Source: Zygnema circumcarinatum SAG 698-1b
Taxonomy: Eukaryota; Plantae; Zygnematophyceae
Reading direction: 5' to 3'
Assembly: GCA_037447605.1 (NCBI GenBank)
Contig: CM074815.1
Coordinates: forward strand, 1,116,001-1,180,000
Length of the DNA stretch: 64,000 nt
Shown: piece after piece, positions 39,101-54,174 of the stretch
How the letters are laid out: every line of letters starts with the position of its first letter
Position numbering within the stretch: position 1 is the first letter of the stretch
Program-made: the position numbers and the translations under genes
The notes under the pieces: generated by a model
The model's database searches: none
Seen by the model: the letters and a program-made list of their open reading frames with translations, nothing else
Told to the model about the DNA's origin: nothing

Positions 39101-42100
39101 TGAAAACTGCCCTACCGATTGGTGATCGACAGAGGCTATTCTCATGCAGCAGCTAACGAGATAGAGATAACGAGATAGGGAGCGAGACAAAGAGGAGTTG
39201 AAACAAACAAACATAAGGAAACAAACTGAAGGCTTCTTTTCATTAACGAAGTTTAACTCAGATAGTGTAGACTGACTGTTTAATAGTCAATTGAAGGGCC
39301 GACATTTTGAAAGGCCTTTAAAAAAAGTATCTGGAAAGTGAGGGATGATTTTGTTGTGAAATCAGGTCTTTAGTGTATGAAATTAAATGACGCATCTTGG
39401 TGAAGCACCCAAAAGAAGGTTCACCAGCCGAAAACGGAATAATGCCCGCTGAGATCGTTGACTATTTCATGTGTAAGCCCATCTCTAGAGCTAGGAAGGC
39501 TGTTCTGAGGCTAAAACGTTTGACGTTCTGACTTCCGTACGGAGCAGTGTTTCCTAGTGTAAATTCCATTGAATGAGAGAAGGATCGATATGGAGCTTCA
39601 AGGATCTGAAGTGACAATCATGGGGATAGTGTATAGCATCATACCGGAAAGCCTGAAAAAGACATCCCTTAGAGAAGCCAGCTGAGACTGTAGGCCCCAA
39701 CGCTCTGTAAGCAGTTCAACCAGCTGCGCTCCGACTGACTTAACCTGCAACACAATAGATTTTATGAGAGACACGATTAGATTGCTGGCCATGACTGGTC
39801 TGATGCCCCCGACCACCAATAGCCATGGCCGCTAGGAACAGAGCCGACATTCAGTTTGAAGGATATTGGATAACATCGACAAGAGTTCCGCTCCTTCATC
39901 AGAGGGAAGCTAATTCACACCCATTTCCTTCACATCCCCGGGACAATCCCAACGGCCACTCATGTACAAACTCTCCTGCCTCCATATCCCAGCTGTTTTA
40001 AGGATAAGGATCGCAGCACCTGACTAACTACTTTGGCACTCTGGTCACAACTTGCTTCCCAGCAAGGTTGTTAACAGCAACAGCTATGCGTGACATGTGA
40101 CTTTGAAAGACAATGAGAGTGGCGGGAGGAGACATAGGACTTAGATTGCCTCGACTTGTGTGATCTATTTTTAAAGCTTTGCCGAAGTCTGGCCCTGACT
40201 GCTGTAGTAGAAGCTATCGCAGGGCGAATACGTCATAGACGTGAACACATTCACAAACTTCTGGATACATGTATCTAGGTATACTTCCTTACGCTCAGTT
40301 CCCTCTAACGTTTAGTTGGCAGGCATTCATAGAGCACAATGGCACCTGATAGTCGATGTGATTGAGGACGCAATCCCTGAGAAGCAGTGCAGGTTCAGGA
40401 ATAGCACGAATGTCCGCAGTCCGCAACCAGAGCAATAGCGAATCGTGCTCTGCCCACGGCTCAGGTGTAAGCATTCCTCGTTTGGACAATAATGTTTCTT
40501 TCCCATAGAACTGTAACCCACCAAATACAATGTAGCCATGAACGGACGCCACTAGGACATTAGTTGCACGTTTTTGCGCCCTTCGGAAGATGATTCAACA
40601 TGCGTTTGAGGCAGGCCATGGGCAAAGAGATCATACGAAAATGGAAAAGGAAAAGCTAGAACAGTTTAGACAAGTGGCATTGGGGACATTACATGTTATA
40701 ATCACAAGTATAGATGCTACAGCAGGATGTTCTCATGCGACATGAGGGTCTGTGAAGGTTGTGAAGTTTAGCCAGCAACACGCCATGACACGCATGCCAA
40801 GGATGAAGTTGTTTTCAAGGAAAAAAAAGGGCCTGATGAAGGCGGCGTATTTCTGCTGCCTGACCTTTCTGTTTTCGTACACAGCCCAAAATTGGCTGGA
40901 TGACAACTTAGTGTCGACAGTGGTATTCAGAAATCCTCAAGCGGACTAATGAAGGGTTCTCTACTGTGTTTAACTAAAACAACTTCTCAGGGAGAACTCA
41001 AGGATCAAGAGATGGACCTTAAGGAGACAAAAGGGTAACTGCAGCTCTTCGGTCTTACCTGCAACTCAGGCTCCTCGTCGAAACATGTAACCCATGCCTG
41101 TCTTGCTGCTCTGCTTACAACTATGTCCTGCCCTGGCAATGCACAGCGATGTGTGTCTGTCCAGTCCTTTGCCCCTCTACCACCAACATCCAAACCAAGT
41201 AATTCTGTCGATAACTCCTCCCAAAAAGTGGAGTATGCTGTGTCCAAGCATCCGGCTAACTTGCTGAATTCTAGTCTTCTAATTTCCCCATCAAAAGGCC
41301 TCGTTTTCCACAGAGAATGTTCAACTCCGGCACTGGCTTCATATTCGCCAACCACGCAACCTGGTCTTTCCACCATGTTTAAAGCTGAGTCATCGCTGGG
41401 ATGTCTGCTACTTCTTGCCCAAACACGTCCACTATTTGATGGAGCATCCAAGAAGCTCTCATTAGCTTCCGGGAGAAAGAGATTCACAAGCCCAGTCATA
41501 TGAGGACTACTCCACACCTGTCCCACCTGCTCTGAAGAGGGGTGATTGCCGGATGCGCTAAAGCTTTCCTTTTCCAACTCGAGCTTTTCTTTGGCATCCT
41601 TGACCATTGCATGCATTGAAGAACAGAAATGAATCATAAGATTCGGCTGAAAGTCTTCTTTGCATTTCGCATTTCCCTTCAAACATGTCGACGCATCTTG
41701 CGACGTGTCCTCCATCTTAGCAGATGCAGACTTGAAGGCTCTCCTAACCACTGACGAATCCATTTCATCCTCTCTGCCAAGAGAACTGAGGGTTCCCTGT
41801 GCATGATGGAGTAACAAGCGTGAGTTTCCAACAGTCCAAATCGCCTTGGCATAATCTTGAAGAAATGCTGGACAGCCTTCGACAGCAGAACCTTGTCCCG
41901 AATGTGGCCCTTGGGAGGCTCCTCCAAAACTTGCAAAGTCCACCATTGATGTTGCTGAAGAAACTTTCATAGATTTACTGCTGCTCAAAGGGGTTTTCTG
42001 CTCCGCATTGTTGGACCGCAAGCAGTAGCCACTGCGCCAGAAAGTGGGATTGCCCACAACGGTACTCCTATTGGCACAAACAAAGAACTGGCCCAAGGGG

Positions 42101-44747
42101 CAAGCCGAATCACAAGTTTGTTTTCCCACAAAAACGACATTTCTAGCCCAGTAGACCTTGACTGAGTTGACTTAAATGAGTCATTTGTGCCATGAATTTC
42201 AAAACAGGCCTTGGTCTGGCTGAACTGTTCCCCCGGAAGTGGAAAAGTAGCTTTGAAGGTACCTCCTCGGCAGGATCATGCAGCTTGCCATCGTTAAGCC
42301 ACGCTTCCAAAGTCATGAGCATTGGTAACATGGAAGCTGCCCATAAAACAAGTAGGATTCTTCCTGTTTGATTCTGCGCAAGGAATACTTTAGGAAGAGG
42401 TTCAGAGGTCCGAGATTTCAAAGGCTCCCAAGGGAGCTCAGTTCAGAAGACGTCCTCATTCCAGCCCGAGGTTTCGCATTTTCTTGTGCTATAAGTCGTA
42501 ACGTATAAAAACTAAAGATTAGGCGTGCTAAACACTGAGCTGAGAGGTTCTAAACAGCGTTCTCAATTTTATCAGATGGCTGGAAACCATTTTTTTGGCA
42601 GGCGTGTCAACCATATATCTATGGATATGCAGTACTTGCTAATTCCAAAATCAGGAAGCCTAACAGAAATGGAATTGAAAGTGACTTCATCCATCAAAAG
42701 CCTTACAAATGACAACAGGACCACAATAGAGATACGATAATCTTGCAGCCACCTTTTGCTGGTCGCTGATAGTGTCGAGCTTGTTGTACAGAGTTGTGAG
42801 GAGATATGCAGATTGATGAGAACATGGCTTTGTGGTCAGAGAACCTTGCCACGCCCATGGTGCTGCGCTCTTTGTTACTTCTTCCAGAAACTCCAACTCT
42901 TCACACTGCCTGCCAGATTGCAGATGCGGGCTTCTTCAACTTCGGAATCTCTTCACCGTATAATGAAGGTTTCTTTCAAGCAGGTGCTGTTTGGACATTA
43001 ACAGTGCCAAAAAGATAAAAATAAAAAACATTTGTTTTGCTGTCGACTTAACCAGGTAGACTAACAAATACGAAGATAAAAAAAGGTAAAAGTAAAAGTT
43101 AAAAAAAGTTAAAAGTTGAGGCATCAACCCACCGTCCAAGAAATGTAGACAGTCTCAGCAAGGTAAAGGAGCCCGCGTTGCGATTTTCTCTATCCTCCAG
43201 CATTTTCACTGAATTTCTGAATCCCTTCTCCCCGAATTCAGCGTGCAACAATTGAGCGTGTTAAACAAGCATGTGGTTGTTTCAATGCAACTCGTCAACT
43301 GAGCTCAAAGAGTGGATTGTCATCGAGACATGCACGACTGGCTCAAACTGGATTCGATAAAAAATCACATCCAAACTGGCGATTCACAAGGAAAACTTTT
43401 GGCTTTCAGACCTGCGTTAGTGAGTGCATTAGAAGAGCTATTTGCCATTGCAGAAAAGTGAGAAAAAATTGGCTTCCCAGATTACGTTTGCCGGTCTCAT
43501 TCAGTTACAGGCTAGTGGGAATCACGAAAAGAGTCAATTGAGAACAACTTAGCCAAGTTGCACGGGTCAACCGTCACCTCCCTGTTTAGCAAAACTTCAA
43601 GTAACGAATGCATTTGGTGCCAAAACGAAACACGGATATCATAATCAATTTCTCAGGGAAGAAAGAAACCTTATGCTAAAAAGCGCTGGCTTCTGGTAAG
43701 ACTTAAGGCGATGATACTCGGCCCTCCATTTTTAGCCACATGAATTAAAATCATATAGAAGGATAAGCTATGAATGACGTTTGGGTGTAATACCTGTATC
43801 TCAGTTAAGACAGCCTGCGCATAAGCCTCTACTGTTGGGCATGGCGCTCTCGTTCCATCGCCACTGCAACTCGCAATGGTGTTCAATTGGACAGTGTCTG
43901 TAAATTTTACAAGCCGTCGTAAACTGGAAGCCCCTCGGAGAAGTGGAGCAAGGAGATGATGAAAGCTTTTACCACGTAAATGTTCCACCTGAAGGTTGTT
44001 GTTAATGGCATAAGCTTGTTCTCCAGAGGCTGACCAGCAAAAGATTGATCCGGAATCTCCATTGAACATTCGCAGAACATGACGAATCTGGCGCCAGTAA
44101 CGACAACATGTCAAGGACTAGAAAAAAAAGAGGAAGTGGCAGCATTCCTCCTTTCAACAAGCAATAAAACATACACATCATTAGCTGACATACTGCCGGC
44201 ACGACTCAGAATGCCTGGAAGGAGCATTCTTAAGAATGTAAGTTGACAAAACTCAGAAAAATTCCACAATGCATCCCCGACACATTCGAATGGCTATCGC
44301 AAAAGGAAAACAAAAACGCCGCTGTGGACATGTCATAGTCACTAGCATGGTTTTCTTCACTGCTCAGTAATTCACTGTTCAGTGAATGAGAATCACTTTG
44401 TTTGTTGTAAAGGTTCCGGTTACAGATAAAAGTGCCAGAAATTTCTCAGGAAGAAAGGAACGTAACGTTTTCCAATCCATAGCATGCACCTCATGCGTGA
44501 CTTCGTAAAAGAAAGGACAGGAAACCGTAATAGGAGCGAGATAATGCAAAAAAGCTTTGCAGCTAATTGTTGAAACGGCTGAAGCGGAGAACAACCGCCT
44601 CCTTACCACGATTGACTCAGTAACTGGTCCTGATGCCACCTCCTTCAGATATGCAGACCCGCCTTCCAGAAGAGAAAACCCGGCACCGTTCCTATTTCTT
44701 CCATCACTGAGAAATTGCTCCATAGCAAACAAAGATCTCACAGTCAT
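36108..44747 (-). CDS. GCP5: Gamma-tubulin complex component 5 (multi-exon; supported exons include 44607-44747, 43794-44087 and a large exon at ~41050-42080)
   Basis: Segments match GCP5-type sequence: VTESIVIRHVLRMFNG, AYLLTTLYNKLD, LLVLWAASMLPMLMTLEAWLNDGKLHDPAEE, ANRSTVVGNPTFWRSGY, CPAFLQDYAKAIWTVG, SWTELTSAMAAAESLESLIACHRAYL, HLDFNDYF. Not all exon boundaries were resolved. Confidence 0.82.
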
Positions 44748-45713
44748 AGCTTCAAATCAAACCTCCAAGACGAACCAAGAGTGCTCGTTTTTTCTTTTCA
44801 ACTAAAAGTTATCCAGGGTGAATGTTTCGGAGCAGAACTGCGAGTTTTTGCACTTGAAAACGCAAAAACATTTCATGTCTTCTTCCAAGACCAAGATGCA
44901 GCGCAGAATTTTGCCCAAAATGCATCCAAAAAAGCCTTGTTGATGGTGCAAAGAGCGGCAGAAGTCTTCATGTGTGAGGAAACCTCCTGTCAGGCAGTCT
45001 GACCCGCCCAACGGAGACGCGTTTCAATTTTCAATTCCGGCGGAAGCCCGCCAATTCCGTCGAGCTCGCTCGCTCGCCACATGCTCTTAGGAAGCAAACG
45101 AAAGCAGCTCTTTTGAAAGCATATTCTTCTGGTGCATGTTTCATCGAACGGGTGGCTTTTGAGCCACAGTAGAGCCCGAGTTATGTCTTCGTTTCTGCGC
45201 GTGGGAAAGAGGGGGAGAGAAGGGGAGAGAGGGAGGGAGAGAGGGGGAGAGATGGGGAGAGAGTGGTGTAATGTTTTTGAAGTACCGTAGTGCACACCAC
45301 ACAATGTACAACATGTTGGTGTTTCATGATCAGGAAAGAATGACTTAAGGTTGCTTTTGTTATGCATGAAGCATTTATCTTTGCAAGAAGAAACGTATTC
45401 TTAACAATTCGTGTTTGAAAGAGCGACACTGATGCGGCTTGGGCTCGAATCTTTCTTGAGACTGCGAAAGTGATTTGAAGTTCTGAACCTCCACCCTTTG
45501 TACAAAAAAGTGTTTCCTCCGGCAATGAAAGCTCGTAAAGGGGGAACAGAACAACAAAAAAACGGCTTGCTTTTCTGCCTCACTTATTCTTCTGACCTGC
45601 TTGATATGCCTAGACAAGTATCGAGTGCTAGAGCATGTCTGCTTGATTGAACAGTAGCCTATGACCTTCATTCTTCTACAGGCAAGCTACCTACGATTCT
45701 AATACCCGGTCGT

Positions 45714-48700
45714 TTACAAAAAACTGTCACTGGAAATGGAGAAACTTCGCAGGGTCATTTCAACGTCCTTCAATGTCTCTAAAACGGGATCCTTCTCTGA
45801 TTGGGGTACTGATAACCTCTGCAATTCCGCGATGCTCCTGCAAAGCGCACAAGCAACAACAAAAGGAAGTCACTTCTACCGTCATGAAACTTCTGTCAGA
45901 ATGAATGTGGTGTCAAGAAATTCCACAACCATTCCACCATTGGGGCAATCTCATATAAAAGAACACTGCAAGGATAGTAGACAGCAGTCAAGGGAATTCT
46001 CTCATCACAAGAAAAAGCAGCTGATATAAGGCCTACATAAAAGACATAATTGCAAGAACGCAAGAAATTTCTTCTTCACTTTCCATGTCGCTCTCCTTCC
46101 TTTCCTATCCCCCTTGCAAGTACCATACATATTGCTGCAAATTTAAAGGCATACCGTTCAGTGGCAGCCTCTTATTAGGTATCTCTCACCTGCTGCATGC
46201 ATTTGCAATGGTGCGAATATGCCGCCTCTGAACTTCATTCACGTCGCCAACAAAAGAGCGTCCCTGTGATGACGGCATCCATTCTGATTGCCAGCGTGTC
46301 CTTGTATGATCCCTTAAGCTGCGGACCCACTCGTGCAGCACATAGGCTTCCGATCTCAATAACCGGAGCCTGAGTGAAGTCCCGTGCAAAGGCCCAGTTA
46401 GCTGAGAAAGGAGGCGTTCATATTCTCTTTGGACATACTCAGGATTGTCCTTAGAAGCCAAAAGCAGAGCACGAGGAACAATCTCGGCTCCCACATCTAG
46501 TCCGCGGTTGAATGTGGCCTGCCATGACACATGGGAAAGCCAACATTCCACATCTCAGATATTGATTTACATTCTTTGTGCGCCTTCGAGGTCCATTGAA
46601 CCATGAATTACGGTTCAGCCTACAAAAACACAGCATATGAGCTCTATGTACGCGTTTTGAATCGAACGTACAACATGCAGCATGACTTGCTGGAGCAAAA
46701 CAACATTGCTGTAGATACTTATAAGAAAATGTAATTACTGCATAGGTGACTGTGAAAGGGAATTCGTACCTGAGCAGCTTGTTCAAGCCACAGTACTACT
46801 TCCAACGGTAGGATGGCTTTGCCTCCAGGCTCCATCCGTTCTGCGACATGGGCGACCTGCTTGCAGGCCTCTGTGATCCCTCCCTCTTTTAAAGCCTGTT
46901 CAATGAGCAATCTCCAAGTCTGGAGGACCACCTTTTGCTGACCGCCGTCGTCATCATCGTTGACTTGCTGTTTGTGGGTCGCAAAGTGCAGAATTTCCAA
47001 ACCAATCTGCATATCACAGAACCATATGGCCTCCCATGGACGGAAGCAAAACGTTTGCTTAGAATTACGCTCAGAAACAGCATAAAAATGACCTATTTCA
47101 GAGACATGCTACAGAACAACTCATTCAGAGAGATTCATGCAAAACCACAGAATAGCCAATGTGAACTCACCGCCCATAGGCAGAACGGCAGCACATAGAT
47201 ATCATATAGCACCTGGAGACTGTACATCTCATTCTCCAACTCCTCAACCTTCAAGCGTATTGGTTCACCGCCCGGTCTGAAGTAAGTCCATTCAACGAAT
47301 AGCACACCAGCAAAACGATTTTAGGTACCCATTCTGACAACCACCTCTGCTGACATTCTGTTCATTTAGATTCTAAATCCTCTGCTCGCTATCTTAGACC
47401 ACCGTGCTTTTTCCTATTCAAAGGAAATGGCCATTTTCTTGTCTTATGCATAACTGAGGCAAACGAACATTATAAAACACTTTCAATTTGACTTTTCAAG
47501 GTAGGCTAGACTGGCCTCTAGAATGAAGCATAAATACTAGAGGCGTGGTTCAACCAACAAAATGGGCCAATTTCACTTACCTGGCACTCAATCGTTGTAA
47601 TTCATTGCATATGGAAATTTGGAACCGGAGAACTCTAAGCTTTTCATTAAGAAGCTGCAGTAAGTTTAAATCTCTTTCCCCTGCCTTCAGGCGGAACGCC
47701 ATGTCCTGCACGTCCCCTTGCTCTGACGACTTCGCTTGAAGAACAGCATCGCTCAAATAGTTTTGCCTGCACGCATTGTCAACATATTCACGCATCACTC
47801 AACCCAGCCACATGCTATATAGTGCAACCAAACATTCACGTGACGCAATTGCGCATCATCAGCTTTACCTCTGTTCGAGGGAAATGCCGCCTGGTTGGGT
47901 ATGTCCACCTTCGGGTTGACTCCTCTCGGCAAGCCGCAAATAGACATGGGCTGCCAAGAAATTCTTGTGACGGCGGGCATAAAACTTGGCAAGAAGTTCC
48001 AAGTACTTTACTTGCTCTGCAGGGATGGCCTGCCGACCAGGGAGCTGGATGGAAGCACCACCTTTCTGCAGCATCAAGATGGACGTTACAAACCCAAAGT
48101 TAAACTACATTCCAAAGAGAATTGATAAAGAGTAGCATTCTCCCCGCTGTGCGAACAGTGAACAAACGAAGTCCAACCCCACATCTCCAGCCAACTGCTC
48201 ACGCTTACTTGGGAAGAAGGGCTTGTAAAATTTCCTGCCCGGCGCAAGAAGCTCTCCAAGTCAGGCCCCCCAAGTTCTATGAGCTCCTTGTCCATATCCA
48301 GTTTCACAAGAGTGGCATACAGGTGTTCATGGAAAAGGCTGTCAGGCCATCGAATTCCACGTTGGATGATTTCGAGGAGGAACCGGCGACGTTGTTCGGG
48401 GTTCAGAGTTATCGTGTGTGCAGGTCTGCGGTTGAATGACATGAAACCTACGTGATCAATATGGAGACGTGGTATCATATAGCACACACGACTGTTTATT
48501 CTAGTCAATCCGCCCATATACGGCCTCTCAGGGCAATCGAAAGTGTGCAAAGCATCATTTTGGTGAAAGAAACTAAAGCTTTCCTGAGAGATAAATGACT
48601 CCAACTGTCATATGCAGAAACAACAGCATTAGGTGCTTGGCTCCCAGTGCTGCAAGCACAGCGTTAAACATATGAACGACCCTACACGCTCCTTACATTA

Positions 48701-51700
48701 AACTAAAAATGGGCAGAAACAATGACCCAAATACTCACAGTGGACTCCCAAAGTGGTGATGAGCCAAAGCTTCTTGTGGCTGCTGCGCTCTAAGAGTTCT
48801 GAGGGTCTCTAAGATCACATTGTAGCACTCCTCACGCTTTGCAGCTGTTCTCCGTCGTCGCTCGTCATCTACTTGATCACTAAGGGCCAAATTGTGTGGG
48901 TCCACGTATTGCGCCCTCAAGAGGGGCAGCTCCACTACGGCCTTGTAGTTCCTGCAAGACGTAGAAAAAAGAGTGTTGATCCACCATGTGCAGCACTATG
49001 ATGCTGATTACTTAGAAGACTGAAATACATGAGGCATCATTTACCATTGGGCCTAATAGGCTGGTCAAGTATAGACGTTTACCCAAAATTTGCGAAGCGA
49101 CTGCAGATCTTCATGATTTCTGGGTTTTGAGGCACGTGTTTCAACATGTTGAAAGCCTCTCCAACGAGACGATCCTTTTCGAACGAATCGGCCGCAGCTG
49201 CCCTTTCTAGACACTCGTATGCACGATAATATATATAATCTGGTTCGCTGAAAAATGTGCTGCACCCTGTTTTCAACTTTGCAGTGATGACATCCGTTGT
49301 TTTTCGATCCAGATTATGCTGTTGCAATTGCATAAGGAAAGAGTAACGCGTTAATCAACATATCAGAACGCAAGTCGTAGAATGGTAGCGAGCAAGCAAG
49401 TGTGTAGGACCCTAGCCACTCACCTCTACCAGAGCCGCCACCAATTTGGTAGCCAATTCATGGCCATCATGAGAGCACACAAAACTTCGAAACGATAGAG
49501 TGCAGAGTTGTGACTGCGCGACATCATCCAATCGGCTCACTAGGAGATGGAACTGACTCTCTCCCAGTATACGTAAGAGAGCGAGTGCCTCTACAGATAG
49601 TCGCATCACTCTCCGAATTACCTCAATCCCTCGAGCCTGAACATCCAAATTCCAACATTGCGTGAGCGAGTTGTAAGCAAGAGGAAGATTGGACAGAATG
49701 ACGTTTTTTTAACAGGCCAGTGTATTGCGGGGTGTAAACATTACACTGATTCAAAGAAACACAAGAAACAACACAATTTAGGTCATCTTCACCATATCCA
49801 GTTTGCAAGCTGCATGGAAATCATCCTGACGCTCACTCCGTGGCCCTTCTTCCCCAGCTCACTTCACCACCATCCTTGCATATGCTGCCTAGCTAATTCG
49901 TAAGGTTACTCCACTTACCTCCTTGGTCAAGAGACTGCTCGAGTCTAAATTCCTTCTGAATCGCTTATTGCCTTGTGACTCGCCCCTGCCTACAATTCCG
50001 AGCTTATCAGCACGGCCTGACAGCCATGCCCGCCCATAATGGCCAACCTTCTGTTCCCTCCTTGATCGCAGAAACTGCTCCAGCGCGTTCAATTTCAGCT
50101 CAATCGCATGCAATGCTTCTACGCACAGCCTGCAAAGAAGTACGAAAAGAAAAATACTGAGAGAAAGGACCATTAAACGATAGAAGAACCATGTCTTTCT
50201 GTTAGGGGAAAATGTCAAATTTATGCCTGTGTTAAAAAATGCTTTATGGATCATCAGATATATCAGAATGGTCGATGGAGCAGGCATTTGAGAGCTAGAA
50301 ACATTGGCTTTACTGCAACAAATTTCCACAAATACTAACCTCGCTAGCTTGCGCAAGAAATCTGAAGCAAATGACAAGCTGAAATTCTAAACCCGCGAAC
50401 CCTAAACATACCTTAATGTAACGGTCTTTACACCTGCATCCTCCTTTGAGACTGCCAGAGGATACTCCCAAACAGGCTTTAAGATCCGAATGGCGCACAG
50501 GCGGACACCGTCATATGCTCCGGAAAACTGAAGTTGCGGTTCTTGGACCAACTGTCCAACATCAAAGCCATTTCCTCCCGCCCCTCCTCCCCCTCCTGCT
50601 GCTAATCCCCCCCCTCCAAAGCTACCGGCTACCTCTAAGTTGGGAAGCCCAACCAACTCCGGATCTTCAAACGCTTCAATCGCACCCTTCACAACTCTCG
50701 CAGGAACAACGCCCTGCCCATCATCCCCATGGTACACAATGCCTGCTGCCAATAGCAAGCACATGGCAGCTGCTTCTCCCTGCCCATAGCGTTTAAAGAA
50801 TTCTTTGATGGAGTCTCTGTTTGCGAGTTCCAATAGCTTCTGTAAAGTGTCCACAGGTCTGCAAATAGCAATTTCAGTTATACCACCTCCAGCCACTGCG
50901 AGGATTTTCCTACGTGGCAGACTATGCTGAGTGTTTAAGACAGTTATGGCCCACAAACGTTTCGCCCGTGTTAGCTCACTTCCGGAAGGCCTGCCTTCCT
51001 CTCCGCTTACCACCGGCATCAACGAGCTTGTCAACTCGGGAGGAGGCAAGACAGTTGACAATGCCAAAGCATGGCCCGCCAAATCAACAGTGCCCAATAC
51101 CTCTCTAAAAGGATTGCGGCTCCTTTCTCCCATACGTGTGACGACACCGTCCATTGAACTGCAAGTCACATCTCGAGAAGCAACGAGCAACTGCGAGGGT
51201 TGCGGATCCCCTCGTGATGAATCAGATAATGCAAAAATGCCAGATGAATACATGGCGGTCTCTGTCTTGATCGTCATGGGATCAGGGATAGGCAAAGGGG
51301 GGGGTGCTCCTGCAGCTGCTTGGGCCACTGCTCTATTGGGAGGTGCCCGTGTTGTAATCTCTCTCAAAGTTGATGGCCTTTCTTGGCCTTCTATTGACCC
51401 ACGGCGTTCCGGATTGGTTGAGAGATAAACTCTTCGGCCATCTGACATCTGAGCAACAAGTTGTGCCTTGTTTGATTCGAGAGTCGAAATGGTACTGAGG
51501 GCGACGATCCTAGTTCTCCGCCTGCCTCGACGTGGCTTTGCAATGTTCTGTTCCCCAACGTGTGCATCTTCAACAACCTTTTTTGCAGAATCTCCATTCT
51601 TACCCAGGTCAAACACAAGTACTCTTGATGCTTTCGTCAAGGCATACATAATTTGGCGCTCTTCATCGATAGTGATGCTTGCGATGGAGTCTGCTGCTCC

Positions 51701-54174
51701 AAAGTTAATCACTGAAGGAAGAACCCTGCGCAAGGTGCAGTCGTTGATATGCAGCACATCAGAGTTCATCCGTATGACCTATATGATAAGACACCTAGGG
51801 GTTTGGGGCTAATGGTTTTACCACTGCAGCAAAAGAAGTAAGTACTGCACACGAACGGGAAGATGTAAGAAAGGTTCACTGGCATCATCAGAATCAAGGT
51901 CCAGCATGAAAGTAGACGGATATTGCTGAACAGCATCAAGCACTTAAACCTAAAAACATTGAACAAGCATTGCTAGTAGATTTACATGCATACGCACACG
52001 CATTCGTTACAAAAACAACACCCTTGTCAAGGTAACGATGGTCAGTTTATGGAAGTTCCACGAGAAGAGACTAGACCTCAAGTCTGGTAAGGGAAGTCAA
52101 CCTCCCCCTCTCAGGGAGGCATCTGTACATTAAACAGTTGGGTGGCATGGTGTAATGTGATAGGATGGCCGCATCAGGGACATCAAACAAACTGGCATGG
52201 CTAAGGATGTCGAGCAAAATGGGGCTAGAGTCCCAATTGGACGTGGAAATAAGATGAGCGATCAAAATGGGTGCAAACACCAGCATTTTATTGATCAGGC
52301 ATCTCAAGCATACAGTGTTTCAGAACTTCCTTTCAAGCATTCCAGAAAAAGACGTCCAAGACATGCTAATCCCCTAGAAAGGTATCAACAGACACAGTTC
52401 AGTACTTACAATTTAAAAGTACTCATGACAGTCGCTGTTAGGCAGATTCTGTTGCAACGGCTCCCCCAAACAGTGCTCTTGTTGTATGTTAATTCATATA
52501 CATGGCTATCCTTTCCTCCTAAAAATATACGGCCATTATCTGAGCAAGCAACACATGACATGACGACACCAGTACTTGGAAGGCGAAATCTTGGAAGTGG
52601 TTGAAGAATGATGTTATCAAACGAATCCTCGCCCCCCACGCCCCTACCGATACAAAGTCCCACAAGGACAACCTGCATCCCTAGGAAAAGGCCAGATTTG
52701 CAAAGGTAAAAATTTATGTTTCTTGATAGAGAAGGTCAAACTTATTTACTTGGCACTTTCGAGACCCTTAGGGGTTGTCAAACTTAAAGAAAAACTGTAA
52801 AATGGAAAATCGAAACAAGCAATTTTTTACCAGAAGATCCCCAGACGAAGCAGTACGAGTTTGAATTTCATTTCCTTATTGGACGATGCTAAGTTTGACA
52901 CCCCAAATAGTTAGAAATTCTCACCTCCTCTGGATTTGCAAGGACCAAAAGGTGTTTTATTCCCTCCACAAACACTCCAGGTAACGCTGGTGCCAAGCCT
53001 ACAGCAGATAATATCTGCTTTCCTCCATCATACTCTCTAAAGGAACCGTCACTGCACAAATGGTTAAACAAAAATGGACTTTGTAAAAGCTTGAAGCTGT
53101 ACATGGAAACTTCCTGATCTTTCCAAAGAAACACAGTCCTGTAGAACAGCTGGTTTATGAAAAAGGATGCACATGCAAAAAATGCACATACCTCCTATTG
53201 AAATTCCAAAGGAAGAAGGCACCGTTCACAGTGGCCCAGGCCTGTCTAATGGACGGGAAAATTCCACAGTGGGCAACAACTGCATTTCCATCCTCTCCAG
53301 CGGCAGCGTATCGATCCAAGACTTCAGGAGGCAGCCCTGCCACACTTGCGATTTCGGCTACGGGAGGCCACTGCAAGCGCCCAATAGCCACAGTTGACAA
53401 AAATTCAGCACGCCAGCTGGAGCTCGCCGAGAGGGCCACGTAAGCACTCATTCGCTTTCATCAGGAACTTGCATAGCAGTAAGAGAAGCCACTGTCTGGA
53501 CGAGGCCCTATTGCCTTCTCTTTAAGCTTTGCAGTCTCCAGGACGGCCGTGCCAAAACCTCCCATGGTTTCAAGAGCCGCTCATTTCCAAGTGCCCTTCC
53601 AAACGCCTCCCATTGTTCCCAAGAATTTCTCACGTTTCCAAGAGTCTACAACTGTCCTCTTGATTCTAAAAACCAATCATTGTTCCAAGAAACTCTTACT
53701 CGACTTCTCAAAGAGGCTCTCCATGTTCCATGATCCCCGTTGTTCCAAGAGCCTCTCACTGTTAAAAAATCCTTTCACTGTTCTAAGAGCCTCTCAACAT
53801 TCCAAGAGGAAGTCCTTCAAGAGGAAGCCTCTCACTGTTCCAAGAGCTTCTTCACTTCGGCCACTCATCATTCCAAGAGCAACTAATGTTCCAAGACCCT
53901 TCCATTGTTCCAAGCAAAGCAAGTAGCAGAAGCAGCTGACCAGCGCAATTAAGAAAGCACTCACGTGGGCCGGCCAGGTCGAGTAGGGCATTCCGAAATA
54001 GACGGTCAGCGTGTCCACGAGATCATAATGTATACCGGCGCTGAATTCAGCAGTAAGGGAGTCGCTGAGCTGCTGACCGCCTGCTTGCAAATCTTCCTCC
54101 ATTTCCATGTCCTCCAGCAGCCTCTGAGTCTGCTTCCCTGCATCCGGCCATGGCGGAACAGCAGGTCCTGCCAT
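45714..54174 (-). CDS. NUP155: Nuclear pore complex protein NUP155 (multi-exon; first exon 53965-54174, last exon 45714-45837)
   Basis: WPPVAEIASVAGLPPEVLDRY...CGIFPSIRQAWATVNGAFFLWNF, QILSAVGLAPALPGVFVEGIKHLLVLA, GRIFLGGKDSHVYELTY, AAAMCLLLAA, LQFSGAYDGVRL, LFHEHLYATLVKL and LYNEY-type C-terminal repeats match plant NUP155. Confidence 0.95.
53568..53915. repeat. Degenerate ~19-20-bp minisatellite (consensus like CCTCTCACTGTTCCAAGAG) in NUP155 intron 1
   Basis: Nine exact TTCCAAG plus variants within ~340 bp of intron 53371-53964. Confidence 0.75.
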
